DNA from: Myxococcota bacterium
Lineage (GTDB): Bacteria; Myxococcota_A; UBA796; UBA2385
Direction: 5' to 3'
DNA length: 64,000 nucleotides
NCBI GenBank assembly: GCA_044344255.1
Contig: JBIJDH010000004.1
Coordinates: 288,001-352,000 of the forward strand
Part shown: in pieces, positions 56,628 to 64,000 of the stretch
Position numbering within the stretch: the first letter of the stretch is position 1
Layout: each line of letters begins with the position of its first letter
Made by a program: the position numbers and the translations under genes
The notes under the pieces: generated by a model
Told to the model about the DNA's origin: nothing
Seen by the model: only the letters and a program-made list of their open reading frames with translations
Database searches by the model: none

Positions 56628-57368
56628 TCAGTTCAGGGCGCGGAACGAGCAGTAATATGGCACGTCCACGATCGTCACCGCGGTGTCACCCTGTTTTCCG
56701 GGCTTGCATCGTTTGGCCCGCTTCACCGCATCGACGCAGGCTGCGTCTGCCGAGGCCAGGAGGCTGGTGATCACGCGCACGTTGCGGATCTCACCGGACT
56801 CGCTGACGTCGAAGAGCAGCTTGGCCTTCCCCTGGGGTTGCTTCTCGATCACCTCGTCGGGGACCGTCGGCGGCGGGATGTCGCAGCTCGGCGCCTTCGT
56901 CGCCGCGGCGAGGGAGGCCGTAACGGTGGCCTCTTCGGGCTTCAACACCTCCTTGGTGGCCGCCGTGCTGAGGCTGGTGCCCGCCCGAACGTCGAGACCG
57001 GGACCGGCTCCGCCCGCGAAAGAGCTGGCGCTCAGACCTTGGACGAGGCGTCGCGGCTTCGGGGTGGGATCGGTGACCGGCGGCGGCTCCTTGACGGTCT
57101 CCTTGAAGGCCACCTTCTCTGCGGGCTTCGGGGCCTTCGGTTTTGGGGGTTCGGGCTCGGGCTTGGGTGGCTCGGGTGGCGGAGGTGGGGGCGGGGGCGG
57201 TGCCACCACGTCCATCCTCACCCAGGTGTCCTTCTTCTCCACGCTCGGGGGGGTCATCCAGATCACCGCGCCGAAGACCGCGTGCGCCCCAATCGCGAGC
57301 AACAGCGCGAGGGGGCGGAGCCAGCGCTGGAGGCCGGACTCCTCCTCGAAGGGGAGGTGGCTGCTCAT
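56628..57368 (-). CDS. tonB: TonB-family energy transducer
   Basis: TM containing a His, Pro-rich linker, C-terminal TonB-like domain. Confidence 0.8.
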   Translation of the reverse strand: MSSHLPFEEESGLQRWLRPLALLLAIGAHAVFGAVIWMTPPSVEKKDTWVRMDVVAPPPPPPPPPEPPKPEPEPPKPKAPKPAEKVAFKETVKEPPPVTDPTPKPRRLVQGLSASSFAGGAGPGLDVRAGTSLSTAATKEVLKPEEATVTASLAAATKAPSCDIPPPTVPDEVIEKQPQGKAKLLFDVSESGEIRNVRVITSLLASADAACVDAVKRAKRCKPGKQGDTAVTIVDVPYYCSFRALN

Positions 57369-57865
57369 GGGCTCGCCGAGGCCGGTGCCGTGGGAGTGGC
57401 CGCAGAGGGCGGGAGGGCGCCGGCGGCCTCAGCGGGCAGAGCGCCGGGGTCGATGTTGATCGCGAACTTCGTGACCCCCTCTTGGCGGACGAGGTCAATC
57501 AAGCCCACGACCTCGCCGTGCGGGACCACCTTGTCCGCGCCGATCAAGCAGATCACGTCCTTGCCTTCGGCTTGAGCGGCGGTCCGCTCGGCGCGGAGTC
57601 GGGCCCGCAGGCTTTCCCTGGTGGCCGGCTCTCCGTCGATCGTCAGGTTCAACGAGGGGTCGATCATCAGGGCGAGGGAGGTGTCCGACGCCGTCTCGCC
57701 CGTGGCGGCCTTCGGCAGCTCGACCTTGATCGACTGCTTCACGATGTAGCTGGAGGTGACCATGAAGATGATCAGCACCACCAGCACGATGTCGACGAAG
57801 GGGGTGATGTTGATGTCGACGATGCCCTCGTCGTCGCCGCCGCCGCCGCCGAGCTTCGAACCCAT
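57365..57865 (-). CDS. exbD: ExbD/TolR-family protein
   Basis: INITPFVDIVLVVLIIFMV, VELPKA, ADK.VPHG.VV..ID. Confidence 0.92.
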   Translation of the reverse strand: MGSKLGGGGGDDEGIVDINITPFVDIVLVVLIIFMVTSSYIVKQSIKVELPKAATGETASDTSLALMIDPSLNLTIDGEPATRESLRARLRAERTAAQAEGKDVICLIGADKVVPHGEVVGLIDLVRQEGVTKFAINIDPGALPAEAAGALPPSAATPTAPASASP

Positions 57866-57866
57866 C

Positions 57867-58517
57867 TCAGGCCCCGCCGTGCGGCTGCGCGGAGGCGGAG
57901 CGGAGGCGGGCGAGCGTGATCGCCGCGAGGCTCTCGAGGCGCCCCAGGCGCTCCTTGTTGCGGCGCTGGAACCAGTTGTAGAGCACCACCGCGGGGATCG
58001 CGACGATGAGGCCGGCGGCGGTCGCCACCAGGGCCTCCGAGATGCCCGACATCACTGAGCTCATCCCTTCGGCGTTGTCCATCGAGAGGTCCTTGAAGGC
58101 CTTGATGATGCCGAGAACTGTGCCGAAGAGACCGAGGAAGGGTGAGTTGGAGCCGACGGTGCCGATGACGAGCAGGCCTCGCTCGAGCTTGAGGCGCTCG
58201 GAGAGGAGCGTCCCAGCGGTGACCGCCTCTCCGGCCTCGGGGCCGTTACGAAGGGTGGCCTCGACGCCGGCCGCGAGCACCCGCGCTTCAAGGCCCTTCA
58301 TCTGGGAGAGCTCGCGCTCGAGGGCAGCAGCGTCACCCCCCTTGAAGAAGGCGTTCACCGCGGCCTGGAAGGGGCCGGTGGGGGTCGCGTTGAGCAGGCT
58401 GTAGATCAAGCGTTCAAAGGCGATCGTGAAGCAGAGGACCGACAGGCCGACCAGCAGCCAGAGCACCCAGGCGGCGCCGCCGAGCGCGAATTGGAAGAGC
58501 TGTTGCTCGATGAACAC
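57867..58517 (-). CDS. exbB: ExbB/TolQ/MotA-family proton channel
   Basis: PFLGLFGTVLGIIKAF, GISEALVATAAGLIVAIPA; GTG 58517 with AGGAG RBS. Confidence 0.93.
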   Translation of the reverse strand: MFIEQQLFQFALGGAAWVLWLLVGLSVLCFTIAFERLIYSLLNATPTGPFQAAVNAFFKGGDAAALERELSQMKGLEARVLAAGVEATLRNGPEAGEAVTAGTLLSERLKLERGLLVIGTVGSNSPFLGLFGTVLGIIKAFKDLSMDNAEGMSSVMSGISEALVATAAGLIVAIPAVVLYNWFQRRNKERLGRLESLAAITLARLRSASAQPHGGA

Positions 58518-58633
58518 GGGTTCTCCTGTCTTTCGACGGGGATGTCCGCCGGGATCCGGCGACACCGGCGGGGTGGAGGGACGCATCCCTGAGCGCGAAG
58601 GTCTGGGAGTGTAACCGCGGGCTTGGGCACCGC

Positions 58634-59149
58634 CTACGGCGAAGGCACGGGTATGCACATACTTTGTAAAGGGTGGTCGGCGGCTAGCTGGAGCCCGACG
58701 AAGGTCGGCGGGGGCCGCAGACCGGCCCGCGCCACAGCCGGTGGCGCCGAGATCACCCGGTTCGCGAGGTTGATCCAAGCGGTCGCGTCGGGGACTCCGG
58801 TCGAGGAGGCGAGCACACAGCCTTGGGCGTCGAAGAACCACATCCGAGGCGCCGGGCCGAGCGATGGTGCGATCTCGGGGATCAGGAACCATGGCTCGAA
58901 GCGGTCATTCAAGAAGGTCGTGACGTCTTCGTCGGCGGCGATCTGATCCAGCGGTCCTCCCGGCTGGTCGATGAAGACCGCGAGCGGACGGCCACTGGGT
59001 GGGCCCGGCCCGGTCCAGAGCACCCACGGGGCCGTAGACCACCGCGGGAGCCCGGGAGGGGGAGGGGCCGGTGGTGGATCAGGCGGATCGGCGCAGCCGG
59101 CCCAGGTGAAGGCCGCGAGGAGGCGGAGCGATGTGCCTCGTGCGTTCAG
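58634..59149 (-). CDS. Hypothetical lipoprotein, possibly thioredoxin-like fold; probable CTG start
   Basis: Frame stays open upstream of the tracked GTG (59023) through LRLLAAFTWAGC; GAGGAG lies 4 nt before CTG 59149. Confidence 0.5.
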   Translation of the reverse strand: MNARGTSLRLLAAFTWAGCADPPDPPPAPPPPGLPRWSTAPWVLWTGPGPPSGRPLAVFIDQPGGPLDQIAADEDVTTFLNDRFEPWFLIPEIAPSLGPAPRMWFFDAQGCVLASSTGVPDATAWINLANRVISAPPAVARAGLRPPPTFVGLQLAADHPLQSMCIPVPSP

Positions 59150-59178
59150 TCTGCTCCTCGCATGGGGTCCGCGGGAAC

Positions 59179-59207
59179 AAAAACGGCCCTACCGGAGGGT
59201 AGGGCCG
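59179..59207 (-). terminator. Intrinsic terminator downstream of tRNA-Cys
   Basis: 10-bp stem CGGCCCTACC / GGTAGGGCCG, 4-nt loop, U5 tract. Confidence 0.85.
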
Positions 59208-59230
59208 CTGATGAAGACGCTGATGAAGAG

Positions 59231-59307
59231 TGGAGGCGACGACCGGATTCGAACCGGTGAATACGGGTTTTGCAAACCCGCCCCTTAAGCCACTTGGGTA
59301 CATCGCC
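59231..59307 (-). tRNA. tRNA-Cys(GCA)
   Basis: Acceptor stem GGCGATG/CGTCGCC, anticodon loop TTGCAAA, GTTCGAATC T-loop, U73 discriminator, encoded CCA. Confidence 0.97.
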
Positions 59308-59319
59308 TGGAGCGGCTGC

Positions 59320-59347
59320 CTCCTATTGGATTGAGCGCCGACGTCAA
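59320..59347 (-). promoter_or_regulatory. tRNA promoter candidate TTGACG-N16-TAGGAG
   Basis: Ends 12 nt before the tRNA 5' end; GC-rich discriminator. Confidence 0.5.
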
Positions 59348-59373
59348 GGGGCCGCGCCGGTTAGCCCGGGCGG

Positions 59374-60189
59374 GTGCCAGCCCTGACCGTCACCATCATC
59401 GCCCGGGATGAGGCCGACCGCATCGGCGATGCCATCCGTTCGGTGGCCTTCGCCGATGAGGTGCTGGTGCTCGACAGTGGCTCTCGCGATGACACCTCTG
59501 CGATCGCGCGGGGCCTCGGGGCGCGGGTGATCGAGACCGACTGGCCCGGCTATGTGGCTCAGAAGAACCGCGCGGTCGAGGCGGCGTCGAATGACTGGGT
59601 CTTCGGCCTCGACGCGGATGAGCGGGTGAGCGACGAGCTCGGCCGGGAGCTCCGGGCGTGGCGGTCCGGGGGAGCGCCGGCGGCGGCGGGCTTTCAGGTC
59701 GGGCGCCTCACCTGGTGGATGGGAGCTCCGATCCGGCACGGGGCCTGGTGGCCCGATCGGCGTGTCCGCCTCTTTGACCGGCGGCGTGGGTGCTGGGACG
59801 GCCACGATCCCCATGACTACGTGCGGGTCCAAGGGTCGATCGGTGCTCTCCACGGGCTCCTTCATCACCACCCTTATCGGGACCTGCGGGAGCATCTCAG
59901 CACCATCGAGCGATACAGCGCGATCCATGCCCAGGGCGCGCGGAGTCGTGGGGAGCGCGCGCGGTGGGTCGACCTCCTGGTCCGGCCGCCTGCCTATCTA
60001 CTCAAGGCCCTGTTCTGGAAGCGGGGGGTGATGGACGGTGCGAGGGGTCTCTGCCTCGCCTTTCTCGGGGCGGCGGCGGTCTCGCTCAAGTGGACGCGCC
60101 TCCTCCTGGAGGAGGGTGCAGGCGGCGAGACAGAGTCGAGGCCGAGGGCCGAGAGGTCGGTCACCGCCCTCGACCGGGTGGACCGATGA
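59374..60189 (+). CDS. GT2 glycosyltransferase (LPS core beta-1,4-glucosyltransferase-like)
   Basis: DSGSRDDT, WPGY..QKN, WVFGLDADE, WPD..RLF. Confidence 0.9.
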   Translation: MPALTVTIIARDEADRIGDAIRSVAFADEVLVLDSGSRDDTSAIARGLGARVIETDWPGYVAQKNRAVEAASNDWVFGLDADERVSDELGRELRAWRSGGAPAAAGFQVGRLTWWMGAPIRHGAWWPDRRVRLFDRRRGCWDGHDPHDYVRVQGSIGALHGLLHHHPYRDLREHLSTIERYSAIHAQGARSRGERARWVDLLVRPPAYLLKALFWKRGVMDGARGLCLAFLGAAAVSLKWTRLLLEEGAGGETESRPRAERSVTALDRVDR

Positions 60190-61280
60190 GGCTCGGTCTC
60201 ATCGTTCGACGCCTGAGCAGCCAAGGGGGCACCGAGCGCTTCGTGCTCGGGCTCTGCCGCGTGCTGGTCGAGCGCGGCCACGCGGTGACGGTTTGGTGTG
60301 ACGGGGTGGACGAGCGACCGCCGGGGGTCGAAGTGCGCCCGCTCGGTGCGGGGGGGCGAGGTCGGGTCGGGCGGATGATCGCGATGCAACTTGCGGTCGC
60401 CCGACTGGATCGTCGTTCGCTCGATCGGGTCGTGGGCTTCCTCCGCGCGCCCGGGATGGACGTCTTTCGAGCCGGAGGCGGAGCGCACGCCGCCTGGATG
60501 GAGGTCCGCGGCTGGAGCCTCGCCGACGCCATCGAGCGGCACTACGATCAGCGGGCCCTCGAGAGCGCAGGCGTGGTCGTGGTCAACAGTGAGATGGCGG
60601 CTCGGGACGTGGCCACCCGCTGCCGAATCGCGCCCGACCGTCTCCGGCTCGTGCGGAACGGCGTCGACCTCGAGCGCTTCCGCCCGTCGCCCGTCGGGGG
60701 CGCTGCGGGTGCAGGAGGGGGGAGCGTGCGGGAGGGTCCTGGGGAGGGTCGCGGCGCGCGGCGACGGGTGACCTTCCTCGGGAGCGGCTTCGCCCGAAAG
60801 GGCCTCGCGGTCGCGATCCGCGCCGTGGCCGCCCTCCCCGGCGTGGCCCTCGACGTGCTCGGCGCCGATCGCCATCAGGGGCGCTTCGCGGCCCTGGCCT
60901 CCCGGTTGGGGATCGACGCACGCGTGCGCTTCCTCGGCGCGGTCGAGGCTCCGGAGCGGCTCCTCCCCGTGTCCGACGCCTTCATCCTCCCCACGCGCTA
61001 CGACCCCTTCGCCAACGCCTGTCTGGAAGCGCTGGCCTGCGGCGTCCCGGTCATCACCTCTCGCCGAAACGGAGCCGCCGAGGTGTGCCCCTACCCCTGG
61101 ATGAGCGTAGAAGACCCTGAGGATGTGGCCGGTTTTGCCCGTGCGTTGGGGACCGCCTTGGACACCGCTGGCTTACGGGACGACTGCCGCGCCGCAGCCG
61201 AACGTTGGCCTCATTCCCTCTCGTTTGCCCACATGGCGGCCGTGATCGAGGCTGAGAGAGCCGTGGAGCGTCCCCGATGA
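60186..61280 (+). CDS. GT4 glycosyltransferase (WaaG-like)
   Basis: GGTER, NGVD..RF, GSGFARKG, PTRYDPFANACLEALACG.PVI; ATG overlaps the upstream TGA. Confidence 0.9.
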   Translation: MRLGLIVRRLSSQGGTERFVLGLCRVLVERGHAVTVWCDGVDERPPGVEVRPLGAGGRGRVGRMIAMQLAVARLDRRSLDRVVGFLRAPGMDVFRAGGGAHAAWMEVRGWSLADAIERHYDQRALESAGVVVVNSEMAARDVATRCRIAPDRLRLVRNGVDLERFRPSPVGGAAGAGGGSVREGPGEGRGARRRVTFLGSGFARKGLAVAIRAVAALPGVALDVLGADRHQGRFAALASRLGIDARVRFLGAVEAPERLLPVSDAFILPTRYDPFANACLEALACGVPVITSRRNGAAEVCPYPWMSVEDPEDVAGFARALGTALDTAGLRDDCRAAAERWPHSLSFAHMAAVIEAERAVERPR

Positions 61281-64000
61281 GTCGTCTCGACATGTTTCAG
61301 AAGAACAAGGCCCAGAGCAGAGCGGAGCAGGCGAAACGAAGGCCCTGGTTGCCGCGCCTCCTCCGCGCGGTCCGAAACCTCGTGGTCGTCGGGGCCGTCC
61401 TCGGGGTGGTCGCTGCGGCGGTAGGCGGGTGGGCCTACCAAAAGTACGTGATCCGGGAGCCGGGCGAGCACATCTCCCGCGAAGCGATCCTCGCGGTGAT
61501 CGCCCAGGAGTCGCCGGTCCTGTATCGGGACGGTCAGACTCGTATCGGGACCTTCTTCGATCGCGAGCACCGAGAGTACGTGCCCTATGCCGAGATCCCT
61601 CGCGCCTGGGTCGATGCGATCGTCGCCGCCGAGGATCAGCGCTTCTGGGAGCACCCCGGCGTCGATCCGATCGGGATCGCACGCGCGATGGTGCAGAACG
61701 TCAAGGCTGGGAAGATGGTTGCAGGCGGGTCTAGCCTGACCCAACAGACGGCGAAGAACATTTATTATCGCCCCGATCGCTCCCTCCACAGCAAGGGGGT
61801 GGAGCTGATCAACGCCCTCCGTCTCGAAGCCCACCACTCGAAAGAGGAGATCCTCGAGTACTACGCGAACCAGTTTCACGTGAGCTCGAACGGTCGGGGC
61901 ATCGGGATCGCGGCTCGGTACCTCTTCGACAAAGAGGCGTCAGAGCTCAGTAAGCTCGAGTGTGCGTACGTGGCGGGGATGGTGAAGGCTCCGGCCACCT
62001 ACAACCCCTTCATCGGCGCCACGGAGGAGCGGCGCGCCGAGGCCCGGCGCCGGGCGAAGGCGCGCACCCGCTACGTGCTGGACCGCATGCTGTCGATGGG
62101 CACGCTGAGCGTCGCCGAGCACGCTAGCCTGATCGAGCAGGACATCCCCTTCCGTCGCGGCACCTTTCGTTACGACTCCAACGTCCTCATCGACGAGGTC
62201 GCGGCCCGCCTCGAGCAGCCTCCCTTCCCCCAGGTCTTCCGAGATCTGGGCATCGACAACCCCTCGACCGCGGGCATCTCGGTCGTCACCACCCTCGATC
62301 AGGGCGCTCAAGTCGAGGCCTCATGGTCCTTGTGGCATCACCTCTCCGATGTGGGCCCGCTGTTGGAGGGGCAGGACCTCGCGGCGCTGCGCCTCCCAGA
62401 GGATGCGGCGCCGGAGCCCGATCCGGACCACCCGCCGGGTCGCCATGAGTTTCGCGCGGGTCGAGTCGTCTCGGGCTCCACCACCCCTAAAGGGAGCCTG
62501 CTCCTCGATCTCGGGGGGACCCCTTGTACGGTGGACAGCGCTGCGCTGGATCGAATGGCCGGAATCCTCAACCGCGCCGGGTCAAAGCGTGGCTATAAAG
62601 CCGCCGACCTCGTGACGGGCCTCCCTGCCGGCACCCTGCTGTGGACCAGCGTCCGGGAGGTCGCCGGAGAGGGGGGGGGCGCGGCGGAGCGACGGTGTGA
62701 TCTTGAGGTCCGGCCCGCGCTCCAGGGCGCGATGATGCTGCTGGAGCAGGGGCAGATCCGCGCGATGGTGGGCGGAAATGACAACCGCAACTTCAACCGT
62801 GCCGTCACGGCCCAACGACAGCTCGGTAGTACCTGGAAGCCCATCCTCTACGCGGCGGCCCTCCAGCTCGGTTGGACCCCCTCCGACCTCTTGGACAATC
62901 GTCACAACGTCTTTCAGTTCGAAGGTACTTGGTATTATCCGCACCCCGACCACGCCCCCGAAGACGTGGTCTCGCTGGCCTGGGCGGGCACTCGCAGCGA
63001 GAATATCGCTAGTATCTGGCTGCTCTATCACCTCATTGATCGCCTCGATCCTGCCCAGCTCGAGGACATCGCCAAGCGGCTGGGGCTGGCGCCCCGCTCG
63101 GGGGAGGAGCCCGGGGCCTGGCTCGTCCGCGCCCGTGACGAGTACGGTGTGATCTCCACTCGGGATCGCATCCCGGAGATCGCCTGGAACGCAGCACGGG
63201 CTGATCTCCTCGCCGAGCTCGATCAGGCCGGTCGGGAGCGGGAGGCCTTGGAGCTGCGCTCTCTGTTTTACGGCCGAGGCACGGTGGCCGAAGAGGCGCG
63301 ACTGCGGAAGCGGTACGGCGGCACGGACCTCGGCCATCGCTTGCGCGCCTTGCGGTCCAACTGGCTCGGGGTCAATGCCGACGCCGAGCGATGTGAACCG
63401 CAGGTGGACGCGCTGATCGCCCTCGGCGCGTCGAAGAGCTCCGGCTTCGGCTTCTTTCAGCGTCGGGAGGAAGGGGGGGGCACCGATCCGGCGAGCTACG
63501 CCGAGCTGAGGGTTCGGGCGGTCGCGGAACGGCTGGAGGTGGCCTGCGGAGATCCCGGTGAGGACTGGGTCCCGGTCGATGACGTGCTCATCTCGACCTT
63601 GGCGCAGGGTGCGGGGCCGGAGCTCGCATCGAAGGAGGACGTGCAGGTGCGGGGCGCGGTCAGCCTCGGCACCATCGTGGCCCTCCGCCGCTCCCTCGAA
63701 CGGCGGGCGTTGGTCTTCGAGGATGCAGATCCCTACTCCATCGACGTCTTAGTTTACCACCCCGACTTCCGGGCGCTGGTCTCCATGCGCTACATGGCCG
63801 CCCTCTCCGCGCAGATGGGAATTCAGGAGGAGATCCCTCCGGTCCTCTCCCTCCCGCTAGGCGCGGTGGACATCCGCCTCGAAGAGGTCGCGGTGGCGTA
63901 TCAGACCCTCCTCGATGGCTCTCGGTGGTCCTTCCCCGGAGAGCGAAGCATGCCCGGGGCGGTGCCCGGCTTCCGCGCGACCGATCCGGTTCCCAGCCCG
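61277..64000 (+). CDS. Class A penicillin-binding protein (transglycosylase + transpeptidase), truncated by the window end and absent from the ORF track
   Basis: Manual translation from ATG 61277: TM, EDQRFWEHPGVD, GGSSLTQQTAKN, SKEEILEYY.N, GSTWKP (SxxK at 62828), SEN (62996). Confidence 0.92.
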   Translation, partial: MSRLDMFQKNKAQSRAEQAKRRPWLPRLLRAVRNLVVVGAVLGVVAAAVGGWAYQKYVIREPGEHISREAILAVIAQESPVLYRDGQTRIGTFFDREHREYVPYAEIPRAWVDAIVAAEDQRFWEHPGVDPIGIARAMVQNVKAGKMVAGGSSLTQQTAKNIYYRPDRSLHSKGVELINALRLEAHHSKEEILEYYANQFHVSSNGRGIGIAARYLFDKEASELSKLECAYVAGMVKAPATYNPFIGATEERRAEARRRAKARTRYVLDRMLSMGTLSVAEHASLIEQDIPFRRGTFRYDSNVLIDEVAARLEQPPFPQVFRDLGIDNPSTAGISVVTTLDQGAQVEASWSLWHHLSDVGPLLEGQDLAALRLPEDAAPEPDPDHPPGRHEFRAGRVVSGSTTPKGSLLLDLGGTPCTVDSAALDRMAGILNRAGSKRGYKAADLVTGLPAGTLLWTSVREVAGEGGGAAERRCDLEVRPALQGAMMLLEQGQIRAMVGGNDNRNFNRAVTAQRQLGSTWKPILYAAALQLGWTPSDLLDNRHNVFQFEGTWYYPHPDHAPEDVVSLAWAGTRSENIASIWLLYHLIDRLDPAQLEDIAKRLGLAPRSGEEPGAWLVRARDEYGVISTRDRIPEIAWNAARADLLAELDQAGREREALELRSLFYGRGTVAEEARLRKRYGGTDLGHRLRALRSNWLGVNADAERCEPQVDALIALGASKSSGFGFFQRREEGGGTDPASYAELRVRAVAERLEVACGDPGEDWVPVDDVLISTLAQGAGPELASKEDVQVRGAVSLGTIVALRRSLERRALVFEDADPYSIDVLVYHPDFRALVSMRYMAALSAQMGIQEEIPPVLSLPLGAVDIRLEEVAVAYQTLLDGSRWSFPGERSMPGAVPGFRATDPVPSP

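Noticed and set aside
59207..59229. GCTGATGAAGA direct repeat next to the tRNA-Cys 3' end as an att site
   Set aside because: It is an adjacent tandem 11-mer, not a copy of the tRNA 3' end, and no integrase is in the window
62671..62679. G9 tract (also G8 at 63473-63480 and C9 at 13333-13341) as phase-variation switches
   Set aside because: All are in frame, encode Gly runs and are plausible by chance in very GC-rich DNA; read-level length variation would be needed

Overview
A very GC-rich bacterial chromosomal segment with a Myxococcota/deltaproteobacterial gene repertoire. It holds about 50 genes, mostly on the minus strand, and one tRNA-Cys; I found no integrase, transposase, phage gene or CRISPR array. 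The left half is mixed housekeeping and accessory content: formiminotransferase-cyclodeaminase, M1 aminopeptidase, yggS/maf, a DUF1592-DUF1552-Cys-rich lipoprotein trio, a kinase-FGE fusion, NAD-glutamate dehydrogenase, feoAB with a Fur-like box, a TRAP transporter with a displaced TatT-like partner, pyrE, guaB, and a stand-alone rplC outside the S10 operon. The most striking feature is an unbroken eight-gene Glt/Nfs-like trans-envelope cluster (40238-52135, order OMP-OMP-C-D-E-F-G-H). An ExbB-ExbD-TonB-lipoprotein-TonB-dependent receptor operon lies upstream of it and an Ig/ASH-repeat lipoprotein lies downstream. The window ends in two LPS-type glycosyltransferases and a class A PBP with a large insertion. 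All calls come from reading motifs by eye; no database search was run.
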